DNA of 64,000 bases, from the NCBI GenBank assembly GCA_029717555.1, contig JAMDHS010000028.1, positions 62,001 through 126,000 of the forward strand, read 5' to 3'. The stretch is from Peribolospora baueri (Eukaryota). Below are positions 11,614 through 21,977 of this stretch, in pieces. Both the position numbers and the translations under genes were made by a program. Under the pieces are notes generated by a model. It did not search any database, was not told the DNA's origin, and worked only from the letters and a program-made list of their open reading frames with translations. Within the stretch, counting starts at the first letter, position 1. Each line of letters begins with the position of its first letter.

Positions 11614-11801
11614 TGTTGGAACTAGCGGTGGATGGACGGAGGTCGATGCTATTGGTTCATAAGAGAAGAGAGCATACAAAAAGGAAACCGCAGAGGTAGA
11701 GGGAGACGGCAGTACTAGGCCGCAATGACAAGTACAGTTGCCTACATAATCATGTCCGCTTTCAGCCGTGTAACCACGGTGCTCGTTGCCGCCGATCAAC
11801 A
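11614..11801 (-). repeat. 5' LTR (188 bp) of the copia element
   Basis: TGTTG...CAACA terminal inverted repeat, directly followed by PBS and gag. Confidence 0.8.
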
Positions 11802-12321
11802 ATATACACGCATCACGTGATCTGGTCTACATCAGCAAGAGTAATTGCACAGGCGACGCGCCCGCTTAGGACGACGTGTTCAAGGCGACCAACACCTTCC
11901 CGCCTTTCCTTGCTTGGTCGGATGAGGTTCGAAATCAGTGCGAGCGCCTCTTCTTCTCAGTTGCGCGCTTAAACTAGACTAGACCAGACCACTTGTGGAC
12001 CAGCCGGTGGACACTGACGTGATCTAACGACGTGATATGACATGACATGGCTCACCGCTCACCGTCCTAATCTCTTTTTCGAGCAGCTCGTCCACTCTCG
12101 CCTAATTTCTCTCCACGCGGCGTCTACCAGCAGCCGCACAAAAAGGCGCTTGCCGCCTTTGTTGCTCTTCTCCCTTCTTCTCCTTCAACCGCCACCGCCA
12201 GCACTGAACCGCCCTCTCCTCCCTCCCTCCCTCTTCCAGCTCACTCTTTCCGTCGTCTTGACATCCTTGCACTCGTTTGTCCTTCCACACTCCGTTATTC
12301 TTCCGACACGCTTCCATCATC

Positions 12322-14213
12322 ATGAAGAGAAATGTGAGGTCAAGGGCGCTATTTTGTTATAGCCAAATGCGAACCAAGTCGGAGGGACAGCGAGCTGACT
12401 TACTCCTCGTCGTTCCTCGCCCTCTTCGGACCAGCTCTCACTCTTTCTCACCACCGCCGTCATCGTTCTATCCACCTTTATTAGTGCCGAGGTTGTCACT
12501 CCGGTCCCTTCCGCTGGCGTCGGCAACGGCGTCGGCAACGGCGTCGGCAATGGCGTCGGCAATGGCGTCGGCAATGGCGTCGATAGTGACTATATGCAAG
12601 GCATCTCATTTGGAGCTGCCAACGGTGTCGACCAGGGCCTCGGTCAGGGAGTCGAACAGGGCGTCGACCAGGGCGTCGAACAGAGCGTCGACCAGGGCGT
12701 AGCTACCGTTTCTCCCGACCCCGTCGATCCCGTCCCCGGCCCGTACGTCTCGGAGCAAGTTAAGAAGCCCTTGCTCGCCGATGTTCCCGCCCAACTCCCC
12801 CTCAAGGCTCTCTTGCCTGTCAAGCGCTCTTCTAGCGCACTCGGCAGGAGACAGACAATCTCCGGAGGAGAGCTTGCCTCCCTTCTCCACGACACTCCGC
12901 TCCAGGGGCTCGGTATTGCCGACGTCTCCCGCCGTCAGGACGCTGAGGGAGTCCTCACTGAGCTTCCGGCCGAACTAACATCCTTGCTCGACCAGAGGAC
13001 TTCCCGCCGCTTCTTGCGCCGTCAGTTAAGCGACCTCACCGGTGTTCTGGATGAGCTTCCCCTCAAGGGCCTCGTTCCTGGCTCCAAACGTCAGGCCGGC
13101 CCGCCTATCAGGGCCATGTCTCGTGATCAGTTCCCTGCCAAGGCGAGTAAATGCGCTTTCCTCTCACTGCTATTCTCTCTCGAGAGTCGGCCATTTTAGT
13201 CGCTCGCCTCCGCGCTCGCAAACTAGCATTCATCGAGAACCTCATATCTTCCTGCTTACCATTTCTTCCAGGACGAACTCTCCACCGTGAATCCCCCACA
13301 AGATGATTTCTTCCTTGCCCCTTCGAAGCGCCGTAGCCTCACCGGTCTAACCGGCGGTTTGCTGGGCAAAGTTGCGCCTGCTCAGAGGCCCATCCTCGCC
13401 GGCGTTCCCGCCGTCTCCGATTCGGCGCCCGCCCCTCCCGCCATTGGATCAGCCGACCTAAGCCCTGAGGCGAGCGCCGGACAGGACGTGATTCCGGCCG
13501 AACCTGATCAGAGCGGGCAGTGAGTACGCCGACGCCGTCTTTCAGATGTACGAAGAGAGCTTGAAACGCGGTTTCAATCCTGAAAACGTGGTCATATCGG
13601 CCATATGGCTATCTGGTTATATGCGAACGCTCTCCCCTTTCCGGCAGATGCTCCATCGGTAGCGCCCAGTGCTGCAACCACATAGTCTCCGACGCCAGTA
13701 GCAGGGCGTCCTACTCCCTCTTCGGCTCCCTGTCCGACGCCATCGGAAGGTAAGATTGAGTCCGCAAGCTTGTACGCACGGTGACTTTCTGGTCTCTCAC
13801 CCTGTGCTCCTGTGTCGGTAACGGTTCCGGTCTGTCACATGGAAATGACAGCCTCGGCCTTGAGTGTGTCCCCATTGCCGCCGTTCTCGGTGCCGCCATC
13901 TCCGACAACTGCAAGGCGACCGCGGTCTGGTGAGCACGAGCCCCTCTCTTCCCGGCAGTTCGGCTCTCGACCTCATCTCTAACTGTCCCGTTCACCCTTT
14001 GAACTTCAATCGCATGCTCAGCTGCCAGGGCGTGACGCAGAATGGCCTCGTGAGTCTCGTACCGTTCTTTGTGTCTTGCCGTGCGGTGGTCTCACGTTCC
14101 AAGCTTAGATGTCTGGACATCGGAAGGCCTTCTGACGCTGACCTTGGCACCTCTGCCGTACCTCCCTCATCTCACAGATCAACGTGGGCTGCACTCCTTT
14201 GAGCGGCCTCTGA
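12322..14213 (+). CDS. Secreted repetitive Kex2-processed protein with C-terminal class I hydrophobin (Hum3-like architecture; hydrophobin B), ~403 aa, 7 exons
   Basis: Exons 12322-12333, 12435-13142, 13272-13519, 13648-13749, 13852-13929, 14022-14049, 14178-14213. Signal MKRNLSLFLTTAVIVLSTFISA, (GVGN)x5, GVDQ/GVEQ repeats, several KR/RR-delimited Leu-rich peptides, then QCSIGSAQCC...LGLECVPIAAVLGAAISDNCKATAVCCQGVTQNGLINVGCTPLSGL*. Confidence 0.87.
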
Positions 14214-14528
14214 GCGTCCTCGAAGAAGCCTCGCGACGAGGGTGATAGCGACAGGGCAACGCAGCAAGTCAAAACGAATGGAAGGCAACTTGGTTGTTGA
14301 AAGACACGCGGCCCTGTCATCGAAACTCTCGTAAATATTCAGTTCCGCGTTTTCTCCCCTTTCGCCCTCCTGTTGATAGCCTCGCTCCCATTTCGGAGGC
14401 ATTCGGACGCCCTTGTAAGTAAGCCAGGTCGGCCCCATTCGCATCAAACTGAAGGTCTTGTACATGGGAGGACGTCACAGGACGAACGAAAGAGATATGT
14501 ATGAAGATGTGGTCGGGACTGGTATGAT

Positions 14529-16144
14529 TTAAAGCAAGCTGTCCATTTTGCTGGTCGTTGTGGACAGGCCACGATTGGATGCAAATGGACAGAGGCAAAG
14601 CATGGCCGGGTGGTCAGCGATCGCTCGGATGAAAGAGCCCAGCAGCAGCTGGGACGTCAGACTGGCGAGGCGAGGAAGAGAAGGACAACATGGACCTATG
14701 GCTCACCTCATGACGCACAACACCGCTGCGATGATCTCGAATTGGTCGTCGTTCCTTTCTCCCATCTCCGTCTTCACCGCCCTCGCCACCTCCGCCATGC
14801 TGGCTCCCATCCCCGCTCCTGCGAGGTCGCCCGCTGGATCCACCGTGCTGCCGGCGCCGACCTCGGTCCGGCCAGTGCCTGCAACTCGAGGAAACGGCCA
14901 CTGGCCGAACTCTGCGAGGAACTCGTCACACTTGGCGAAGGCTGCCTCTCGCGCCTCGTAGCTGAGGTGGGTGAGGGCGTTCTCGAGCACGTTGGCCGCA
15001 TAGCTTGCGCATACCATGCACAGCGCCCTCGTCACGCGGAACTGCACGCCAGGCCCTTCCTCCTTGTAGAACTGGCCGGGGTGTACCGCAGGGGATCGAG
15101 AGGTGAGAAGGGAGAGCGCTCGGCGAAGGACGGCATCTTTGTAGGAGGTATCCGAGACGGGGTGGGTGGCCATGTCGAAGAGGAGGAAGTTTCGCTTTTC
15201 TGTGCGCAGCACGCCCTTGTCCACCAAGCCCTTGGCGAGTCGCTCGCGAACCTGCTTGAGCTGATAGCCGATCTTCATCACGTTCCAAGTCTCGCCTGAG
15301 AGCGAGGTCCAGAGACCGCGTATGAGCACCTAGGAAAAGAGAACCGAGACGAAGGATGTCGTCACACCTCGCCGGGACTCACCACTCATGAGGTCGATCC
15401 AGCTGTTGACGCTCATCTTCTCGCTCATCTTCATCATCTTCAACGCCTCGTCAAGGATGATCTCGTTTGTATTGCGGTCGTCGATGACCTCGATCAGCCT
15501 GTCCTGGAGGGCGAATCGCCGTCGGGCGTTGTCCTTGACCATCCCGATCCTTCGACGTAAGGCGAGCTCAATGAGAATACAGCCGCGGAGTGTGTAGGAG
15601 ATGTTGTCGTTCCAGAAAGAGAGGTAGCCCTTTCCTCCGTCAGAACGGGACGGGGAAGACAGACGGGAAGGATGGCGACGATCGGAGCGAAGGACGGGTG
15701 AACAAGAGAAGGGTACCCAGGCACAGAGCGACCACGAGAGCATATCGCGGGAAGCGTCCTACTCACTTGCTTATCCTTAAGCCCAAGTAGCAGTACCTCC
15801 TCCATGAGCGTCAATTTGGGACTTTCTCTCGCCTCCCCTTCGTCGTTCAAGTCCCTAGGATCATACGCAACTTTCCGGCTCCCCGCGATCGCGCTCGTCC
15901 CACCACCTCTTGATCCTCCCGTCCCGTTCGCACCTGATCCACTGCCTAACCTGCTTCCGGGACGCGAGCCTCCGCCGGACCGGTCATTCAAGGAGCGAGA
16001 GGAGGAAGAGGGGGACATGTACGACGAAGGCGGCGTCGGAGTGCCGGGCACTGAAGAGACGTCATCGCTGACCATACCGCTCCCGGCGCCAGCGCCCCCA
16101 GCGCCCACTCTTCGCCGGGAGAGACCGCCGCCGCTGCTCGACAT
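14529..16144 (-). CDS. VPS74: Golgi phosphoprotein 3 / Vps74 (GPP34 family)
   Basis: N-terminal [98 protein letters not shown]; spliced end SKMDSLL*. Confidence 0.96.
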
Positions 16145-16675
16145 GGCGAAGGAAGGAGGGCAAAGGTGTGAGGTTTGAGATCGAGATTCGAGCTCGAAGG
16201 GGCAGAGAGAGGTCAGGACATGTGCAGGTCTTCCGAGGCGAGGGTGAATCCGCCTTCCCGCTACTAGGCGGCGCCGAAGCAACGCCTGTGCACGGGTAAC
16301 CCTAACTTGCTCTGTCTTGAGACAATGTTCTCCAAACAGCAAACCTCCCACTTGGCAGGCGACGATGAGAAGTCGATAAAGTCATCACACGCCCGTTACG
16401 AAGCCCTCTCAAGGCGGTATAACAGATAGAAAAGAAGCAAAATCGACGTTTCAAAGCCGGGGGGGTATTAGGTAAAGATGAGCTGGCTCCGATATTGACT
16501 TGACTACTGGGACTCCCTGACAGGCGGGCCCATTCGGGAGCGGCGAGCAAGGCTCGTAGAGAAAGCGACAGACAGAAAGGGTGTGGACTGAGGATAGGAA
16601 TTTGAGAATCTGATAGCGAGCAGTAGCTGCAAGGTGTGTTCCACGGCGAGCAAAACGCAACGGCCCTTGAGGGCT

Positions 16676-17937
16676 CTAGTTCTTCGCTTTGCGAAGCAGG
16701 GCCATCTCGGTATCCGAGACGAAGGGGCCCCAGAGCCACTCGGCCCACTCGGCTGGATCAGAGAAGAGAAAGAACGAGTCAATGTCATGACTCCTTGACT
16801 CGCTCAGGTATGGCCTTCACTCACATTGGCTCGGATTAGAAGCGTGCCTCATCTTGACCTTGAGGGTGCCTTGGCCCAAGTCGGCGAGCTGGCCGAAGGA
16901 GCCTTTGGTGAGGTCCACATGCTTGGAGCCTTGGGCACACCCGGCACAAGAGTCCACAACGCGAGTGAAAATGCTGGTAGGGAGAAAATTCGGGAGTCAA
17001 ATAGATTCCGCTGGGGCTCGGCAAATCGACGGGACGGGCCTCAGTGACGCGTACCACTTGTTGTTTTGGGGGTTGCAAAGCTCAAGGAACTCAAAGCTGA
17101 AAGGATGATTTGGGCGGCGGGGGATCAGAACAGCCGACTGCAGGTCGACGGAGGGTTAAAAGACAACTCACCACCACGACTTGCCCACCCATCCTTCCAG
17201 GGTGACGGCCGAGATGAAGCTCTGGTCGGTGGGAGTCCAGTTGACCTGGGGCCAGCAGCTAGCGAACCGGGCGAGATGAGACGAACAAAGGGGGTGAGTC
17301 GCATGCAAAGAAAATCTTCTGAGTTCGCCGAGCATACCTGGGGTTCTTGAGGTCGTTGCCCGAGTACCTGGCGCCGACAACCGGAGAAAGGGTCCACACC
17401 GTGTCAGAGAATGAGAACCTGGGGCAGACAGCCATTGGGAGGCCTGAACGAGCAGCGGAAAATCTCACCAAGTGATCTGGACGTCCTCCGCATCGTTCGG
17501 TTGGCCAAGCGCCTTGAGCTGCTTGCTCAGGTCCAAGGCCGACTGGCCACGACGCTGCTTGGAGTGGCGCTTAATGCCGGCGCCTGCCATTTCCTCGTGA
17601 CCGAGGGCACGGCGCTCGGCGTTGATCTTGGCTTGCGTCAGGTTAGAGTACTTGAAGTCTGGGTGGACGCGAGATGAACGCGGAATGAGGTGCCCCACGT
17701 AAGCAGGTCAAATCAAACACATGCCGCATACGCGGGGCGATTTGTCCGCAGTGAGCAGGCACACTCACCGGCGTCCCCGGCAGTGAAGTCCAGCCAGCCG
17801 TCCCTCTCGTTGAAGTCATACTCGCGCGAGTAAGCGTGGGCGACCGAGTAGTCGCGGCCCTCCGCCGAGACGAGGGTGGGCGCAAGGGCGGCCAGAGCGG
17901 GGAATAGAGCGATGAAGGCAGCGTTAACGCGGACCAT
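16676..17937 (-). CDS. Second secreted expansin-like / RlpA DPBB protein (different subfamily from the one at 1469-2776)
   Basis: Signal MVRVNAAFIALFPALAALAPTLVSA; spliced ITWYSGNDLKNPSCW...WTPTDQSFISAVTLEGW...CFEFLELCN...KCIFTRVVDSCAGCAQGSKHVDLTKGSFGQLADLGQGTLKVKMR...WAEWLWGP...AKN*. Confidence 0.85.
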
Positions 17938-18852
17938 GGTTGATGCTCTGCGAGAACTATCAGACCAGACGAGGTTGAGTGCAGGGAAAGGGCTCTGAGG
18001 GGGAGGTAGGGATGTGAATGAAAGAGCGTCGGATTGGGAGGAGGGGAGGAAGAGAGAGTAACGGAAGAGGGAAAGCGAGGAAAGCTGTTGAACGGTTCGA
18101 GCGGGGAGGGAGTATTTAGCAAGCGAGGAAGGGCGACCCCACTCCGCCGGGTCCAGCGACGGCCGCCCAGGTCGATAGGCGTCGGCCCCCCTCCCGTGCT
18201 ATGCCCCTAGGTGGAGGCGGCTTGGCTCGAAGTTGAAACGCTAGAGGCGAGCGAAAGGGATGTACGATCTTGGCATCATCATCATCATCACATCTGAGCT
18301 GACAAACGTTATTTTTCAGCGAGTGAGGGCAGTTGAACTCCTTAATGGGACCTAATCGCATCTCACGGACTGGAAAAGGCGAGGGCAACCAAACCCCCTT
18401 TGTACGACCTTGACAGCTAGCTTGGGCTCGGCGCGAACGGTGAGCTAACAGTAGACGCCGTCGCCAGCGCCCCTTCGCCCGCTGTTGAAAAGCGACTCGG
18501 AGAAAGTGCCTAAGCGAAGGAGGAGCGCTTTCACTAGCACAGAGCGAACCGCCAGCCAGTTGAGATAGGGCAAGGGCCGGCCGTCGCCGGGCAGGCACGT
18601 CGATGGAGACTGACAACGAAGGTCGTCCAACGGTCGGCTACATACATACATAGAGTCTGACATCACCAAACGCGAGCCTCCTGCCCCCCGCGAATTGCAG
18701 TGGACGGCCAGAGGCCGGTCGCGCGGAGCGTCACCGTCGGTGCGAATGACGCCGGTGGCGCGGCAGAGCGAGCAGGGCGGGCGCCGCTCATCCTGCCCTG
18801 CATCCCTGCATTTGGAAGGAGCGTGTCCGGCGGGCGAGTGCAGAAGAAGCGG

Positions 18853-18872
18853 AGGTTCGACGCGTCGAACCT
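18853..18872. promoter_or_regulatory. Perfect 20-bp palindrome centred on an MCB-type ACGCGT, upstream of the Pol X gene
   Basis: AGGTTCGACGCGTCGAACCT, ~215 bp before the ATG at 19086. Confidence 0.5.
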
Positions 18873-19085
18873 AGCCGGCGGGATCTGTTGTGGAGAAGAA
18901 GATCGAACGGACTGGCGCAAGTTTGGCACGTCCTAAGATCGGCTGCGGCTGCGGAAGGTCGCACGAAAGCCGGAGGTCAATCCGCGATCGATCGACGGCC
19001 GTCGGCGGCGAGTCCGGAGACCGGCCACCAGCAACGCAAGGGCGCACGGACCTGCGCTGGCGCTGGAAATGAACGTATATTCGCC

Positions 19086-21977
19086 ATGAAGCGTCGTCGG
19101 CAACCACCTGGTGACGACGGCGACAGCCCATCGACCTCCTCTGGCAGCAGTCTCACCGGCTCTCCACCTGCGTCTGAGGCGGAGAAGGGGCGCAGCGGGA
19201 GAAGGTCGCACAAGGCCGCGAGATTGGGTCTCTTCGAGCCTGGCACCAAGGTTCATGTTCTGGAGCAGAAACTGGGCTCGGAAGAGGCGGAGGAGCTCCG
19301 TAAGGTGGTGAGCATCCTGAGCGGGCGGCCGCCTGTCTGGTCCGAGACGCTGACGCGGACGACCACTCCCCGTCCGCTGTTGGCCCTGGTTTGGTCCTGC
19401 TCAGACCTCCTCTTCAGGCGGTAAGAACGTCAGCTTGGAGGAAGCAAGAGTCGTCTTGACCTGTATTCGAGCGCCGCTTCTTCTCCGGCGACATGTTCCC
19501 GAAGGTGTAGCGGTAAGCGGTGCCTCTGTTTGTTTTGCTCATTCACGCGTCTGACGGTGTGCCCCTCTCTCATCTCGCTCTCATTCAGGCTGGCAAGACC
19601 TTCCTCTCCACGCACTGGCTCCTCGATTCCACAGAAGAGCGCCGCCCGCTTCCCTACGACGACTACATTATTTCTTTCCCCTCTCCTTCAATGGCATCCG
19701 ACGCGGGGAGGAGGGATGAGGGCATCAAGGGTACAGAGGTGACGGGTAACGACGCCAGTACGCCTCTCACCACGCCACCTACCAGTCCACTCTATCGTTC
19801 TGCGCTCGTCAGCCCACCTGCTTCTCCCGTTGTTGGTCGCCACCTGAACGAGGACAGCACGTCTAGAGAAGCCATGGCGAGTCCTACTCAGGCTCCCGAA
19901 ACACAACTTTCTCCCATCTACCCTTCCGCCTCGTACCCGTACACAAATGGCAGCTACGCCTGTCAGCGATTCTCCCCTTTAGTATGCGTGAACCAAGGTC
20001 TAGTGGACGAGTTGGAGACGATCCGAAGGGAGAGGACGCTGAGCGGAAACGATAGGAGCGCGTTGAGCTATGCTAGGGCTTTGAGCGCCATCAAGGCGTA
20101 CCCGTACAAGTTGGAGAGCGGCAAGGAGGCGGCTGGCTTGAAGGGCGTGGGTGCAAAGGTGGAGATGCTCGTAAGTGTCACTCCTCACGCGTGCCGCCTT
20201 CCGGAAGACCACACTTTTAGCGTATGATCCGCTTGGTCTGCTTGGTGTGACGAGCTCAACGCGAGCTGGTTTTGCTCTTTTCTTCAGGTTGACGAATACC
20301 TCAAGACGGGGCGGATCGCCGAAGCAGGTACTTGCATTTTTGCCCCGTCTATGCCGAGATTGTTATCTTTTCCTCATCCTCGCACCCATTCGTTCATATC
20401 GTGCCGTCCTTTCTTTCATCAGAAAGCATCCGTGCCTCCCCGCGGATGTCGACCCTTTCCCTCTTCAACGAGCTATATGGCGTTGGTCCCCACACGGCTC
20501 GCAGGCTCTACGCGGCGGGCTGTCGCAGTCTCGAAGATGTCGTGACGAAGACAAAAGGTCTCGCCTTAGGGGAGAGCGTAAGGGAGTCTGTGAGCTTGTT
20601 GGATGAGTTTAGCAAGAAGTGAGTCCCACGATTCGTTCCATGGGCTTTCGAGGTGCTGAAAGCCCGTTCGAGATGACCTTTTTGGCGTAAGCTGTGTCCG
20701 TTTAGAGGGACGTCGTATTGAAACGTCTTCCCTCCGGGAATTTCGGGGTACATAGGATACCACGCCGAGAGGTCGAGTTTATCGGTACTCTCATCAAACA
20801 GCACCTGGACGAAATCGACCCTAGTAAGTCGTCGGACTCTACCCTTGCTGTCTGACCCGTCCTCGCCTTTTCGCCTGCTCTCCGCTATTCTGATATCCGT
20901 TACCGCTGATCCTCTCCTCGGGCAGGCTGCGACTACGTCATCACAGGAGGCTACCGACGTGGCAAACCGCAGAGCAACGATATCGACATCGTCATTTGGA
21001 GTAACGAGGGCTCCGAGAAAGGCCTGTGCGAGAAGTTGGTCAGAAAATTGAAGGAAGCCGGTGAGCGGGTGTCGTTTTTATTGCTCGAGCGCAAAGCGGG
21101 GCCACGCGACTGGGTGAGGGATGGGAGGGTTGACGGATCTGAGCTCTTCTTTGGTTGGGCCTGGCGCGACAGGTCTGGTCACGCACATCATTGGCATGAC
21201 GGCGGCGGCTAGCGAAAGGGATCCATCAGTGCCGCCGAGGCAAGGGTGGGTGGGTCTGGGGGTCTGCTTGTGCCTTACTTCTCCTTTCGTCCTCCGTCTT
21301 TGCTTCATTGCGCCGCGTCTCGTCTTTGATTCTCCACTCCGAGCAGCACTCGAATGGATTCCCTCGATAAGGCCTTCGTCGTCTTTCTCCCTCCTCGCTT
21401 GCCATCGACGGAGGAGGATCCCAACCCTCCCTCGCCCATTCACAGGCGCGTGGACCTCATTTTCGCCGACAAGAAGCGGAAGGCGTCAGCTATCATGGGC
21501 TGGACGGGGAGGTGAGGACTTTTTCCAGGGACGTTCCAAGTCGACCTGAGCTCCCGCGCTTCTCGGACGCCAGGCTGATCGTTTCAGATGCGGTCGCGTG
21601 TGCAATCGCCCTTGCAGCATGATGTTCGAGCGCGACCTCCGGCGCGTGGCTAACGAGCGGTGAGTCGCAATGCGACACATGTCATGGCGTCCTTCCTCGA
21701 GCCAGATAACGAGCAGCATGCTACAACAACCATGCTCACTTCACGCCGATCTTCGCGCGGACCAGCGGCTACAAGTTCGATTCTTCTTCCATCACTCGTC
21801 TGAAAGGTGAGCCCTGTCTGCACGTCGTCTTCGTTTGGCGCCCAGGTCGTTCATCGTAAGTCCGTCCGGTCCAACGACGCAGACAAGCGCGAAGTATTTT
21901 GCGAAACGGAAGAGGACATCTTTAAGCTCTTCGGGCTCGACTATATTCCACCGGTTCTTCGGAACGCGGATGCTTGA
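19086..21977 (+). CDS. X-family DNA polymerase (Pol mu / Pol4-like) with N-terminal BRCT-like region, multi-exon
   Basis: YACQRFSPLVCVNQGLVDELETI...SYARALSAIKAYP (8-kDa domain), LYGVGPHTA (HhH), TGGYRRGKPQSNDIDIVI, RRVDLIF, MGWTGSMMFERDLRR (GW motif of Pol mu/TdT type), EEDIFKLFGLDYIPPVLRNADA*. Confidence 0.9.

Larger units (their letters stand above)
10222..11801 (-). mobile_element. 5' half of a degenerate Ty1/copia element: LTR, PBS, gag, zinc knuckle, protease remnant
   Basis: MTNILESKGLW...SAKQLWTDLE (UBN2-type gag), KGKCHHCGRVGHEKVEC, VLYVPGLVANLLSVPQLTKRG, GRVRNGLCVLD; homologous to the + copy at 9460-10224. Confidence 0.9.

Noticed and set aside
12517..12700. 12-bp tandem repeats as a CRISPR-like or noncoding array
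   Set aside because: No spacers; they are in-frame codons for the GVGN and GVDQ repeats of hydrophobin B
18200..18700. Possible structured ncRNA between DPBB2 and Pol X
   Set aside because: No tRNA cloverleaf, paired C/D boxes or snRNA motif identifiable by eye; an Infernal/Rfam scan would be needed
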